DNA of 64,000 bases from a bacterium (GTDB lineage: Bacteria > Patescibacteriota > Minisyncoccia > Phycocordibacterales > UBA9973): assembly GCA_021824345.1 (NCBI GenBank), contig JAKAKW010000002.1, forward strand, positions 22,552 through 86,551, written 5' to 3'. A program made the translations under genes and the position numbers. Of the stretch, positions 45,127-54,049 are shown piece by piece; within the stretch, counting starts at the first letter, position 1; each line of letters starts with the position of its first letter. Below the pieces are notes generated by a model. That model was not told the origin of the DNA. It searched no databases and saw only the letters and a program-made list of their open reading frames with translations.

Positions 45127-46662
45127 ATGCAAAATTTGGAAAAGTTAAAGAAAAGCTGGAAAGAGGGGAAGTATTTGTGCGTAGGACTGGATACGGATCC
45201 GGCCAAGATTCCCGATTTTCTGGCCGGGAGCGCGAGTGACATACCCGCGGCCATGCTTGATTTCAATAAGCGAATTATAGATTCCACCCGCGATCTGGTG
45301 TGCGCCTATAAGCTTAATTCCGCTTTTTACGAAAAATACCGGCAGGGGATGAAAGTGATGAAAGACACCGTAGATTATATAAAAGAAACCGCCCCGGAAG
45401 CTTTTGTTATCGCGGATGCCAAGCGCGGAGATATCGGCAATACCAATCTCGGATATGAATATTTCATCAATGATGGAAAACCCGATTCATTGCTCGGATT
45501 TGACTCTGTTTCTGCCGGAGAATGGTCCATGGGATTTGATGCGATGACCATGCACGGGTATCTCGGCCGGGAGGCTAACGGGCCCTTCCTTTCGCACAAT
45601 GATAAGTTTTTCTTCATACTCGGCAAGACTTCCAATCCCGGATCCGGAGAATTTCAGGATCTGGAAACGGAAGGACTGCCTCTGTATCTGCGAGTGGCAA
45701 AAAACGTGAAAAAAGATTGGAACGCGAATGGAAACTGCGGGCTTGTAGTCGGTGCCCCTTACCCGGAACACCTTATGCGCGCAAGGAATATGGCTGGAGA
45801 AGGCGTCGTTTTTCTGGTGCCGGGCGTGGGAGCTCAGGGCGGGAACTTGAAAGACGTAATTCAGTGCGGAATGAATTCGCAAAACGAAGGAGTGATAGTG
45901 AATATGAGCCGGTCGGTCATTTATGCCTCAGCAGGGGAAGATTTTGCCGAAGCGGCCCGCGATCAGGCGATGAAGTTCAATAAGGAAGCGAAAGATTTCC
46001 TGAAGCTGCCCAAGCGTCTTTGGCCGGAGGAAAGAGCCGAAACATATAAAAAGCGAACCATGGAAATTTTTGAAAAAACCGGAGCTTTGATTGCCGGCGG
46101 GCATTTTGTATATCAAACCAAAACTCACGGCGACACTTATATGACCAAGGACCGCCTTCTGCAGGACCCGATAGTGATAAACGAAGTGGGAATGATGCTG
46201 GCGGATATGATCAAAGAAAAAGACATAGAAACAGTGGCCGTGCCGGCCGTGGGCGGAATCGTTCTCGGCCACGTGGTTGCCAAGTACTTAAGCTATTTCA
46301 AGGGTAAAACGGTGAACAGCGTATTTATTGAAAAGTCCGGCAAGGACGCGGGAGGGCGGGATACTTTCAAGATTACCCGCGGATACGATAAATTCCTGTC
46401 GGGCAAAAAAGTGGCGGTAGTTGAAGACACGGTAAATACCGGCTACAGCGTAAAGAGGGTCATTGATTGCGTGAAGGATGCAGGGGGAAAGGTTGAGACG
46501 CTGGCGGTAATTTTTAATCGCGGATCGGCGGGAGAAGATCTGGAAAAAGAAACAAAGATGATCAGCCTTGTAAAAATGAATTTGAAGAAATACGATCCAA
46601 ATGACTGCCCTCTATGCAAAGCGGGAGTGCCGATTAATACCGACTTCGGCCACGGGAAGTAA
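45127..46662 (+). CDS. pyrF-pyrE: bifunctional orotidine-5'-phosphate decarboxylase (type 2) / orotate phosphoribosyltransferase fusion
   Basis: N-terminal LCVGLDTDP...DAKRGDIGNT (ODCase type 2). C-terminal GGHFVYQTKTHGDTYM and PRTase motif KVAVVEDTVNTGYS (OPRTase). Confidence 0.75.
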   Translation: MQNLEKLKKSWKEGKYLCVGLDTDPAKIPDFLAGSASDIPAAMLDFNKRIIDSTRDLVCAYKLNSAFYEKYRQGMKVMKDTVDYIKETAPEAFVIADAKRGDIGNTNLGYEYFINDGKPDSLLGFDSVSAGEWSMGFDAMTMHGYLGREANGPFLSHNDKFFFILGKTSNPGSGEFQDLETEGLPLYLRVAKNVKKDWNANGNCGLVVGAPYPEHLMRARNMAGEGVVFLVPGVGAQGGNLKDVIQCGMNSQNEGVIVNMSRSVIYASAGEDFAEAARDQAMKFNKEAKDFLKLPKRLWPEERAETYKKRTMEIFEKTGALIAGGHFVYQTKTHGDTYMTKDRLLQDPIVINEVGMMLADMIKEKDIETVAVPAVGGIVLGHVVAKYLSYFKGKTVNSVFIEKSGKDAGGRDTFKITRGYDKFLSGKKVAVVEDTVNTGYSVKRVIDCVKDAGGKVETLAVIFNRGSAGEDLEKETKMISLVKMNLKKYDPNDCPLCKAGVPINTDFGHGK

Positions 46663-46711
46663 CGTTGAAGAAAGCGGAAGCCCTGTCTCCCGCTTTCTTT
46701 CACTTTCCACG

Positions 46712-47287
46712 CTAGTTTTTTCTGCCGTAGAGTCCGGTAAGCTCAAAATTTTCCAAAATGTGTCTTTCCATCGCTTTTTCAAGCGCTTCTTTGCCAGAAG
46801 AAGGCGGCAGAGAGAGTTTTTTATCCAGAGCGTAAAGCTTGAAAATATAGCGGTGCGTTCCGGCCGGAGGACAGGGCGCCACGAAGCCGGGCTTGCCCAA
46901 GCTGGTCGTTCCCTGCACCGATCCTTCCGGCGGATTGTCGGTGGAAAGAACGGAAGTTTTCGGATCTATGTTCCAGATCACCCAATGCACAAATGTGCCG
47001 GAAGGCGCGTCCGGATCGTCCGCAATTATAGCCAGGCTTTTGGTTTCCGCAGGTACGCCGGAAACTCTAAGCGGTATGGCTTGAGCGGTCCCGTAGCAAG
47101 AGTATTGCTCGGGAATCTTGCCATTGTTTGAAAAGGCGTCGCTTTCTATTTTCATGGCATTGTTCGGAGTCAGGCTGTTAACATTATTTATGACGTATGA
47201 ACCGTTATTTTCTTTCCGGACAAAAAGAAGCCAAATGGCTGCCAGCGCCAAGCAAATCGCTGCAGCTATTAGGATTTTCTTCTTCAT
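46712..47287 (-). CDS. PEBP/YbhB/YbcL-family protein with N-terminal signal/anchor
   Basis: HRYIFKLYALD and DPDAPSGTFVHWV motifs. Start taken at MKKKILIAAA. Confidence 0.6.
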   Translation of the reverse strand: MKKKILIAAAICLALAAIWLLFVRKENNGSYVINNVNSLTPNNAMKIESDAFSNNGKIPEQYSCYGTAQAIPLRVSGVPAETKSLAIIADDPDAPSGTFVHWVIWNIDPKTSVLSTDNPPEGSVQGTTSLGKPGFVAPCPPAGTHRYIFKLYALDKKLSLPPSSGKEALEKAMERHILENFELTGLYGRKN

Positions 47288-47288
47288 T

Positions 47289-48428
47289 TTAATTTGAGGC
47301 GGAAACGATTCTGGCGTTTCCGGGCACATCGTTGTGCGGAGTATAGCTGAAAGACAGAAGCTTGTATCTGTTGAGAAGCGAACCGATGAAAACTTGGTCG
47401 AACATTTTTGCTTTCGGTTCGTCTGAAAGGCGGGAAAATCCGCCGAAGACCGCGAAGTATGCGGGGCCGGTTGAGGTATAAGCGATGCCTGCGTAGTTGA
47501 GATGATAATCAACCGAGCCTGATTTTGCCACGATACCCAAAGTGTCGGGAATAGTGGGGAAGGCTTTGTCTAAAACTCCCGGATCAACTCGCGGTACGGA
47601 CATAATGTTGAAAATTCCGATGCTGAGAGAGCCGGCAGTGTACTCCAAATGCTTCATTACCTTTATAGTCAGTCCGCAAGTGGTGTAATTGCCGGACAAT
47701 CCGGATCCTGTACTAAATTTTATCGTTGAACTGTTTACCCCGTAGGTTTTTTGCATGTATTTTGTGAACGCGTCCGCTCCTCCCGCCTTTTCAAACATCA
47801 TGTCGGCGGTGAGGTTGTTGGACCAGTTGTTGGTCTGCTTTATGAGCATGTAAAGGGGGGCCGATTGGAGCTGGTATTTTAAGCCCCGGCCGTAATAGGG
47901 GACGGAGGAATAGTTTACGGAAAAGTTCGGATCAATCGGAGCCCCGGAATCTTCCTTGAGTGATGCTGTTATCGATGAAGCGACATCGGCCGGATCTGTT
48001 TTCCAATTGAAATAAAAGTTTGGCGAGAATACGAAGCGGGAAATGGTTATATGACGCTCATTGCTTATTTTTTTTACAATTGAACGAAGGTTTTCAATCA
48101 CAAAATGCGGGTCGCCTCCGCCGTTCAGATATAAAGTGGTGCCGTCTAGGAAAGTATCGGTGGTGTAACGGAAATTCTTGCCAATGGTGTTTAGAGCAAA
48201 ATCAAAAGTATAAAGCTTTGAAATTGAAGCCGGGATGACCCGTACGCTGTCGCTGTCATTATATCCCGCTATCCTGCCCGCGGAATTATACGCGCAAAAG
48301 ACTTCCTTATTGAGCGGAAGGCCGTATACTTTTGCCAGGGAAGTGAAGGTGTCCGTGATGCCGGAAGCGTGGGCGGAGAAAAAAGGTGAAAGCAGCAGTA
48401 TTATGGTTGCGGCGGCGATTTTCTTCAT
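47289..48428 (-). CDS. secreted D-Ala-D-Ala carboxypeptidase/endopeptidase, peptidase S13 (PBP4) family candidate
   Basis: Signal peptide. SxxK (PASISKLYT), SxN (SNN) and KSG (VAKSGS) motifs in the correct order. Confidence 0.55.
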   Translation of the reverse strand: MKKIAAATIILLLSPFFSAHASGITDTFTSLAKVYGLPLNKEVFCAYNSAGRIAGYNDSDSVRVIPASISKLYTFDFALNTIGKNFRYTTDTFLDGTTLYLNGGGDPHFVIENLRSIVKKISNERHITISRFVFSPNFYFNWKTDPADVASSITASLKEDSGAPIDPNFSVNYSSVPYYGRGLKYQLQSAPLYMLIKQTNNWSNNLTADMMFEKAGGADAFTKYMQKTYGVNSSTIKFSTGSGLSGNYTTCGLTIKVMKHLEYTAGSLSIGIFNIMSVPRVDPGVLDKAFPTIPDTLGIVAKSGSVDYHLNYAGIAYTSTGPAYFAVFGGFSRLSDEPKAKMFDQVFIGSLLNRYKLLSFSYTPHNDVPGNARIVSASN

Positions 48429-48991
48429 GATTTATTTTGCGCTTCTAAGAGCAGTACAGGATACCCTTTCAGAATTTGAGCTTGTTCCACGTCTTTTATG
48501 CCCAGATCTTCCAGAAACTTTTTACATGCTTGTTTTGCCTCCACTGGATTTTTAAAATTTCCTTTTGCTTCTGCTTCTATGAAATCTCCAAGATCTTTTA
48601 TCCGATCTAGGGCGACTTCAATGTCTCCGCACATCCAATATTCCCTTCGTTTGTCAATGATGGCGGATTTTTTAAAATCAAGGAACCCCAAAATTTTTCT
48701 GAAAGCTTCCGGATCTGAAATTTCTGTTTCATATTCCTCCGCATATTCCTGTTCCCCAGTGTCTTTTTTGTTCACTGCCCTGTCGTATTCAAATATTGTT
48801 TTATCCGGATTAGTTCTTATCCTCATCCATTCAATCGGATGGGGTTTGTGGGCGAAGAAATCCCGATGGGGCGGTACATAATAATCATCAATCTGGGTGA
48901 TTGATTTTATCAGTTTTCCTTTTGAGGCGACCTTCTTTTTGATTTCCTCAAAATTGTCTATCTTTACTTTGATTTCAACTTCTATGTTCAT
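48425..48991 (-). CDS. CYTH-domain protein (class IV adenylyl cyclase / triphosphatase fold)
   Basis: N-terminal EVEIKVKI (ExExK) motif and other charged beta-strand motifs. 188 aa. Confidence 0.6.
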   Translation of the reverse strand: MNIEVEIKVKIDNFEEIKKKVASKGKLIKSITQIDDYYVPPHRDFFAHKPHPIEWMRIRTNPDKTIFEYDRAVNKKDTGEQEYAEEYETEISDPEAFRKILGFLDFKKSAIIDKRREYWMCGDIEVALDRIKDLGDFIEAEAKGNFKNPVEAKQACKKFLEDLGIKDVEQAQILKGYPVLLLEAQNKS

Positions 48992-48994
48992 TGT

Positions 48995-49273
48995 TTATTG
49001 CCTCCCGGATCTTTGCTCTTGGTCCCGCCTCTCCCGTTCTTTTCTTTGCTCTTCCTCTTCTTTTCTCCTTTTTTCTTCTTGGTCAGCGCGCGCCAGATTT
49101 TCTTTTGCAAGCCGAAGCCCTTCCTCTGCTTTCCGCACCTCTCCCTTGGCTTCCTCTTCCTTTATCTTCGCTCTTTCCATTTCTCTGCTGGCCTCAACTG
49201 CTCTGTCTTTCCGAAGGCGAAGCTCGTCTTCCCACCATCTTACTTTCTCCTTTAGTTCGTATGTGTCTGCCAT
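48995..49273 (-). CDS. hypothetical highly charged coiled-coil protein
   Basis: 92 aa, Glu/Lys/Arg-rich. Could be spurious. Confidence 0.25.
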   Translation of the reverse strand: MADTYELKEKVRWWEDELRLRKDRAVEASREMERAKIKEEEAKGEVRKAEEGLRLAKENLARADQEEKRRKEEEEQRKERERRDQEQRSGRQ

Positions 49274-49362
49274 AAGAAATATAGATTATTGATAATTTTC
49301 ATATTATAGCATGTTGATTATTTTCATATGAAAAGGCATCGATTTTGGGATATAATGGACAC

Positions 49363-50403
49363 ATGAGCACAAAAGCATATGCGGCCAGCGGGCCGAAGGA
49401 AAAATTAGAACCGTTTTCTATTGAGAGAAGAAAACCCGGTCCAAAGGACGTGAAAATAGACATTCTGTACTGCGGAGTATGCCATTCCGACATTCACGAG
49501 GCAAGAGATGAATGGGGAGGAACCGTTTACCCCGTGGTTCCCGGCCATGAAATTGTGGGCAAAGTTTCAGCTGTCGGCTCCGAGGTAAAAAAGTTCAAAG
49601 AAGGAGATATCGTCGGCGTGGGATGCTTGGTGGATTCATGCAGGACCTGCGAGAATTGCAAACAGGGCTTGGAACAATACTGTCTTCCGGGAGGAACTTT
49701 TACTTACAACAGCATGGATAAAAAAACCGGCGGGGTTACCTACGGAGGATATTCCAAAGACATCGTGGTAGACGAGGATTTCGTATTGCGAGTCACCCAC
49801 AAAGATTCAATTGAGAAAGTTGCTCCGCTTCTTTGCGCCGGCATTACCACTTACTCTCCGCTTCGCCATTGGAAAGCGGGGAAAGGAAGCAAGGTGGGGG
49901 TTGTCGGCTTGGGTGGGCTCGGCCACATGGCAGTGAAGCTGGCATCTTCCTTCGGAGCCGACGTCACCATGTTCAGCACCTCTCCTTCAAAAGAAAAAGA
50001 CGCGGAAAAGCTGGGCGCCCATCATTTTATTTTGACTAAAGATCCAGAATCGGTTAAAAAAGCCGCCGGGAGTTTTGATTTTATTCTGGATACCGTCTCC
50101 GCGCCCCATGACTATAATATGTATCTGAATATGTTAAAAATGGGAGGGCAGATGGTGTGCGTGGGTCTTCCGCCCGTGCCTGCAGAGATTAATATGAGTG
50201 GCTTGATTCACGCCAGAAGGGGATTGAACGGTTCTTTAATCGGAGGACTGCCCGAGACGCAGGAGATGCTTGATTATTGCGCGGAGCATAATATTCTGCC
50301 GGAAGTGGAAATGATCCGCATGGACCAAATCAATGAAGCATATGATCGGGTGGTAAAGGGAGACGTAAAATACCGCTTTGTTATAGATATGAGAACGCTG
50401 TAA
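49363..50403 (+). CDS. zinc-dependent NADP alcohol dehydrogenase (YahK/AdhA-like)
   Basis: GVCHSDIHEARDEWGGTVYPVVPGHEIVGKV, GLGGLGHMAVKLA Rossmann motif. Start at MSTKAY. Confidence 0.85.
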   Translation: MSTKAYAASGPKEKLEPFSIERRKPGPKDVKIDILYCGVCHSDIHEARDEWGGTVYPVVPGHEIVGKVSAVGSEVKKFKEGDIVGVGCLVDSCRTCENCKQGLEQYCLPGGTFTYNSMDKKTGGVTYGGYSKDIVVDEDFVLRVTHKDSIEKVAPLLCAGITTYSPLRHWKAGKGSKVGVVGLGGLGHMAVKLASSFGADVTMFSTSPSKEKDAEKLGAHHFILTKDPESVKKAAGSFDFILDTVSAPHDYNMYLNMLKMGGQMVCVGLPPVPAEINMSGLIHARRGLNGSLIGGLPETQEMLDYCAEHNILPEVEMIRMDQINEAYDRVVKGDVKYRFVIDMRTL

Positions 50404-50539
50404 AAGTTTGCGGAGGCGGTGAGATACTCACCCCGGATGAAGTTTCAATCTACGGGCCACTCGGGTTAAGTGCCGAAGGGTTCAAGCCACGCAAGGGTAT
50501 TTTAGCGCGGTTTGACTACTGGAAACAAGGCACTCGGGT

Positions 50540-51004
50540 CTATATACGTTTTGCGGCAATTGGCTTGTAAAAGTAAAGAAATTGTTCTAGTGACCAAAAA
50601 CAACTGCCGTTTTCAATAGAGGTAGCGTGCCGAACCTCTCTATTCTTTTCTCCTGTATATAAAGCTGTGTGGAGTGAAATAATGTACTCGTCTAGTGATG
50701 AAAAAATCCGCTCGCTTTTGTCTACCTTCTCGCCCTGCCTATCGCGGATCTTCTCGGCGTAGATGATATCGCCATCCGCAAGAGATTCAAAGGAGAATTT
50801 CTGACCCTTATTGATAACGAACGAGCCTGTCTCATTATAGGCTCCAGGACAAAGCACCTGTTCGGGTTTCAAAAATATTTTTTTCTTTTTAAAGATATAA
50901 AGCTGAAGTGCTCGACGGCAATTACCTTCTTTCCAATCGCCTAACAACTCTTCTTGAGTGCCGAATGGACCTTCGTTAAAATTGTAAGCGAATTCTTTTG
51001 TCAT
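50540..51004 (-). CDS. hypothetical protein flanked by 13-bp direct repeats
   Basis: About 155 aa from MTKEF. Direct repeat aggcactcgggtc at 50528-50540 and 51005-51017. Confidence 0.4.
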   Translation of the reverse strand: MTKEFAYNFNEGPFGTQEELLGDWKEGNCRRALQLYIFKKKKIFLKPEQVLCPGAYNETGSFVINKGQKFSFESLADGDIIYAEKIRDRQGEKVDKSERIFSSLDEYIISLHTALYTGEKNREVRHATSIENGSCFWSLEQFLYFYKPIAAKRI

Positions 51005-51038
51005 AGGCACTCGGGTCACCCGATAAAAAAACTTTGGG

Positions 51039-51121
51039 CGGAGGGTAGAGGACTCGAACCTCTAAGGGCTTTCGCCCGCTTGTTTTCAAGACAAGTGCCT
51101 TACCATTCGGCGCAACCCTCC
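51039..51121 (-). tRNA. tRNA-Ser (anticodon UGA), long variable arm
   Basis: Hand-folded: acceptor GGAGGGT/ACCCTCC, anticodon loop CUUGAAA, variable arm CGGGCGAAAGCCC, T-arm GAGG-TTCGAGT-CCTC. Confidence 0.75.
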
Positions 51122-51178
51122 ATTCCGACACCGCAAAAGGTTTCGGCGATGTCCATAATTTATGATAACAAATTCAAG

Positions 51179-51445
51179 TTATCTCTTCTTCGGCACGAAG
51201 ATTTTTTCGAGGATTCTCTTTACATCGCCCCAATTCTTCTTGGCGATCCAGAAGAGGTAGATTATTTCCAGTATTCCAAAAGTGTTTACTATGAGCAGGA
51301 CAACGAACCACACCTTGTGGTTCTTGTGGGCGGCCGTCCAGAGGGCAAATCCTTTCCAAAATACGGTCCACACCAGGATGGGGAAGAATATCCAGCTGTT
51401 CATAATGCCTATTATTGGATTAAATGATGTCATGATGAAAATCAT
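51179..51445 (-). CDS. small hydrophobic membrane protein
   Basis: 88 aa with two predicted TM helices. Confidence 0.3.
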   Translation of the reverse strand: MIFIMTSFNPIIGIMNSWIFFPILVWTVFWKGFALWTAAHKNHKVWFVVLLIVNTFGILEIIYLFWIAKKNWGDVKRILEKIFVPKKR

Positions 51446-51480
51446 ACCAGAAAGTCGGTTTTTATGCTAGCATCAAGCCA

Positions 51481-51864
51481 ATGAGATATCTGGGGATAGA
51501 TTACGGGGAAAAGAGAATAGGCCTGGCCCTGTCGGACGAAGCCGGGAAAATGGCTTTTCCAAAGGAAGTATTGGAAAACGGCCCGAAGGCAATTGGACAA
51601 ATTGGGCAAATGGTAAAAGAGGAAAGCGTGGGCGGGATAATAGTCGGCGAGTCTGTAAATTCTTCCGGCCGGCCGAACTATATCATGAAAGCCATAGAAG
51701 AATTTGCGGAAAAGGCGAGAGCGGAGCTTTGTTTGCCGGTGAATATGCAGAAGGAATTTTTTACCACCGTGGAGGCCAGGCGGCTTGCCGGCTCTGAATC
51801 TCCGGCTGATGCCAACGCCGCCGCTTTGATACTTCAGCGGTATTTGGATAAAATAAACAAATGA
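51481..51864 (+). CDS. ruvX: Holliday junction resolvase-like RuvX/YqgF
   Basis: MRYLGIDYGEKRIGLALSD N-terminal motif. 127 aa. Confidence 0.85.
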   Translation: MRYLGIDYGEKRIGLALSDEAGKMAFPKEVLENGPKAIGQIGQMVKEESVGGIIVGESVNSSGRPNYIMKAIEEFAEKARAELCLPVNMQKEFFTTVEARRLAGSESPADANAAALILQRYLDKINK

Positions 51865-52193
51865 GCATAAGTTTGGATGATTTCAAAAAAGTGGAGATAA
51901 AGGCCGGGAAGATCCTGTCGGCGGAGAAGATTCCGGATACGGACAAGCTTTTGAAGCTTTCTGTGGATATGGGGGAAGAATCTCCGAGGCAGATAATTTC
52001 CGGAATCTCGGCGTATTTTCCGGATTGTTCGGTTTTAGTGGGCAAGAAATGCATGTTCGTAGCAAATCTTGAACCGAGAACCATACGCGGATATGAAAGC
52101 AATGGCATGCTTTTCGCTCTTTCCACTCCGGACGGGAAATTTTCTCTGCTTGAACCGAGTGATGACATCCCGGCAGGGACCGTGGCGGTGTAG
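51861..52193 (+). CDS. tRNA-binding domain protein (CsaA/Trbp111/MetRS C-terminal-like OB fold)
   Basis: VEIKAGKILSAEKIPDTDKLLKLSVDMG...ISGI...ANLEPRTIRGYESNGML. Confidence 0.65.
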   Translation: MSISLDDFKKVEIKAGKILSAEKIPDTDKLLKLSVDMGEESPRQIISGISAYFPDCSVLVGKKCMFVANLEPRTIRGYESNGMLFALSTPDGKFSLLEPSDDIPAGTVAV

Positions 52194-52259
52194 AAAAGAA
52201 AGCGGCGGGCGCCGCCCGGGCGTAGCCGGGCGGCGCCCTTTGTCGTATAATATACGCAT

Positions 52260-53099
52260 ATGTTCAAAAGCTCGCATATAGGCATTTCTTTTTCCGACTC
52301 GGCCGTGAACTTCATAAAGCTTTCAAAAAAGAAAGGCGAATTTTTCCTGGACAATTATGAGGAGATAAAACTTCCTCCGGGCGCGGTGGCGGACGGAAAG
52401 GCTGAAAATTTTAAAGCGGTGGCCTCGGCCATAAGCTCCCTGCGGCAGAAATACGGCATAAAGTTCGCCCGAGTCGTCCTGCCGGAAGAAGAGCAGGATA
52501 TTTTTACAGACTATCTTGATGATTGGAAAGAGGCTTTGAACGGCACCGGAGTGTATGTTCAATCGTATGAACCCCTTGGACAGGCGCTTTTGCGGGCGGT
52601 TATAAAAAAAGGCGATCGCGGAACATACATGGTAGTGAACGTAAACGAAGGGAGCACTGATGTGTTTGTGGCGGATCAGGGGAGAGTGGTGCTCGGCTCC
52701 GTATTAGACACCGGGGGAGAAATGCTCGTGCGCATCGCAGAAAAAGAAAGCATCAGGCGCAGTTCCGGGCTTAGCCGGAGCGTAGTCGTGGCTGAAATAT
52801 CGTCATCCCTGATCGGGGGGATAACCATCCTCCGCGAAGAATTATCAAAAATTTTTATGAACTGGAATAATCTGCGCTACGAGGACGGGAGCAGAATGCC
52901 GGAAATCAGAAAGATCATACTTTGCGGAAAGAGCGCGCACCTGAAAGGCTTAGATGAGTTTCTTTCGGTCAGTTTTAAGATCAAAGCAGAGCTGGCAAAC
53001 GTTTGGACCAATGTTTTTGATCCCGCGGAAAGAGTTCCGGATCTGACTTTCCGGGAATCTCTATCCTACGCCGGCGCTATCGGCGCGGCCCTGAAGTAA
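52260..53099 (+). CDS. type IV pilus assembly protein PilM-like (actin-like ATPase fold)
   Basis: HIGISFSDSAVNFIKL start and C-terminal GAIGAAL, typical of PilM. Confidence 0.5.
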   Translation: MFKSSHIGISFSDSAVNFIKLSKKKGEFFLDNYEEIKLPPGAVADGKAENFKAVASAISSLRQKYGIKFARVVLPEEEQDIFTDYLDDWKEALNGTGVYVQSYEPLGQALLRAVIKKGDRGTYMVVNVNEGSTDVFVADQGRVVLGSVLDTGGEMLVRIAEKESIRRSSGLSRSVVVAEISSSLIGGITILREELSKIFMNWNNLRYEDGSRMPEIRKIILCGKSAHLKGLDEFLSVSFKIKAELANVWTNVFDPAERVPDLTFRESLSYAGAIGAALK

Positions 53100-53180
53100 C
53101 CGAATACTCCGCCGATTTGAAGGCCAGAGATTTTCCGCATTGTTTTCGGCCGTTTTTATGCTAAATTTAGGAATACCTAC

Positions 53181-53254
53181 GCGCGCTTAGCTCAGTTGGT
53201 TAGAGCGTCCCGTTTACACCGGGAAGGTCCAGGGTTCGAATCCTTGAGCGCGCA
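53181..53254 (+). tRNA. tRNA-Val (anticodon UAC)
   Basis: Hand-folded: GCGCGCT acceptor, GCTCAGTTGGTTAGAGC D-arm, anticodon loop TTTACAC, T-arm CCAGGGTTCGAATCCTTG. Confidence 0.8.
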
Positions 53255-53258
53255 CCCC

Positions 53259-53333
53259 GCCCCTGTAGTTAAATGGATATAACTGCGGACTTCTAAGCCG
53301 CTATTCGAGGTTCGATTCCTCGCGGGGGCACCA
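53259..53333 (+). tRNA. tRNA-Arg (anticodon UCU), encoded CCA
   Basis: Hand-folded: acceptor GCCCCTG/CGGGGGC, anticodon loop CTTCTAA, T-arm CGAGG-TTCGATT-CCTCG, then ACCA. Confidence 0.7.
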
Positions 53334-54019
53334 TGAAAAGATTTGCAAGCCGGTATTCAATATACAAAGACAAGAAAAATCTGGCGCGACTGGCCGCGAG
53401 TGTCCTCTTTCTCGCTGTCAGCATTTTCGCCACGTATTTTGCCATATTGTATGCGACTGATCACGCAAGCTTCCCCGTAACTGACATAATATTAAGCAAT
53501 ATTCCAACATACAACGTTGATGCGATATTTTTGTATGGGCCGGTGATATTCTGGACGGTGATCGGCGTATATCTGATATTTTTTGCTCCGGAAAAGATTC
53601 CTTTCTCCTTAAAGACGATCGCTCTTTTTCTCCTAATCCGTTCCGCATTTCTTTGCATGACTCATATCGGGCCTTTCCCTTCTCACGCCTTGATACGCGG
53701 GGGAGGAATCATAGGGGTGTTCAATTCCGGAGACGATTTGTTCTTTTCAAGCCATACCGGCTTGCCGTTTCTTATGGCCCTAATATTATGGGACAAAAAA
53801 CCATGGCGCATTTTCTGCATAATCGGCTCGATATTCTTCGGCATTATAGTGCTCATGGCCCATTTGCATTATTCCATAGACGTCTTTGCCGCCTTTTTCA
53901 TAACTTATGCCATTTATCGCATTGCTTTCCGATTCTTGAAGAGGGAGAAATTGCTTTTTGATAAGCATGTGGAGAACGATCCCGTCGTATCTGCGCTTAA
54001 TTCCGCCGATTTGGAATAA
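53333..54019 (+). CDS. PAP2-superfamily membrane phosphatase-like protein
   Basis: Six TM helices. PAP2 motif 2-like FFSSHTG and motif 3-like AHLHYSIDV. ATG overlaps the last base of the tRNA-Arg CCA. Confidence 0.55.
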   Translation: MKRFASRYSIYKDKKNLARLAASVLFLAVSIFATYFAILYATDHASFPVTDIILSNIPTYNVDAIFLYGPVIFWTVIGVYLIFFAPEKIPFSLKTIALFLLIRSAFLCMTHIGPFPSHALIRGGGIIGVFNSGDDLFFSSHTGLPFLMALILWDKKPWRIFCIIGSIFFGIIVLMAHLHYSIDVFAAFFITYAIYRIAFRFLKREKLLFDKHVENDPVVSALNSADLE

Positions 54020-54049
54020 ATCTTCCTGCAGGTATACTATATTGTAATC

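Noticed and set aside
48991-49275. Recurrence of the peptide GEARLPT in the ORF at 48991-49275 and in the ABC ATPase tail
   Set aside because: The underlying DNA differs (gaaggcgaagctcgtcttcccacc versus ggggaagcaaggcttcccacc), so this is a partial coincidence and not another copy of the family A palindrome.
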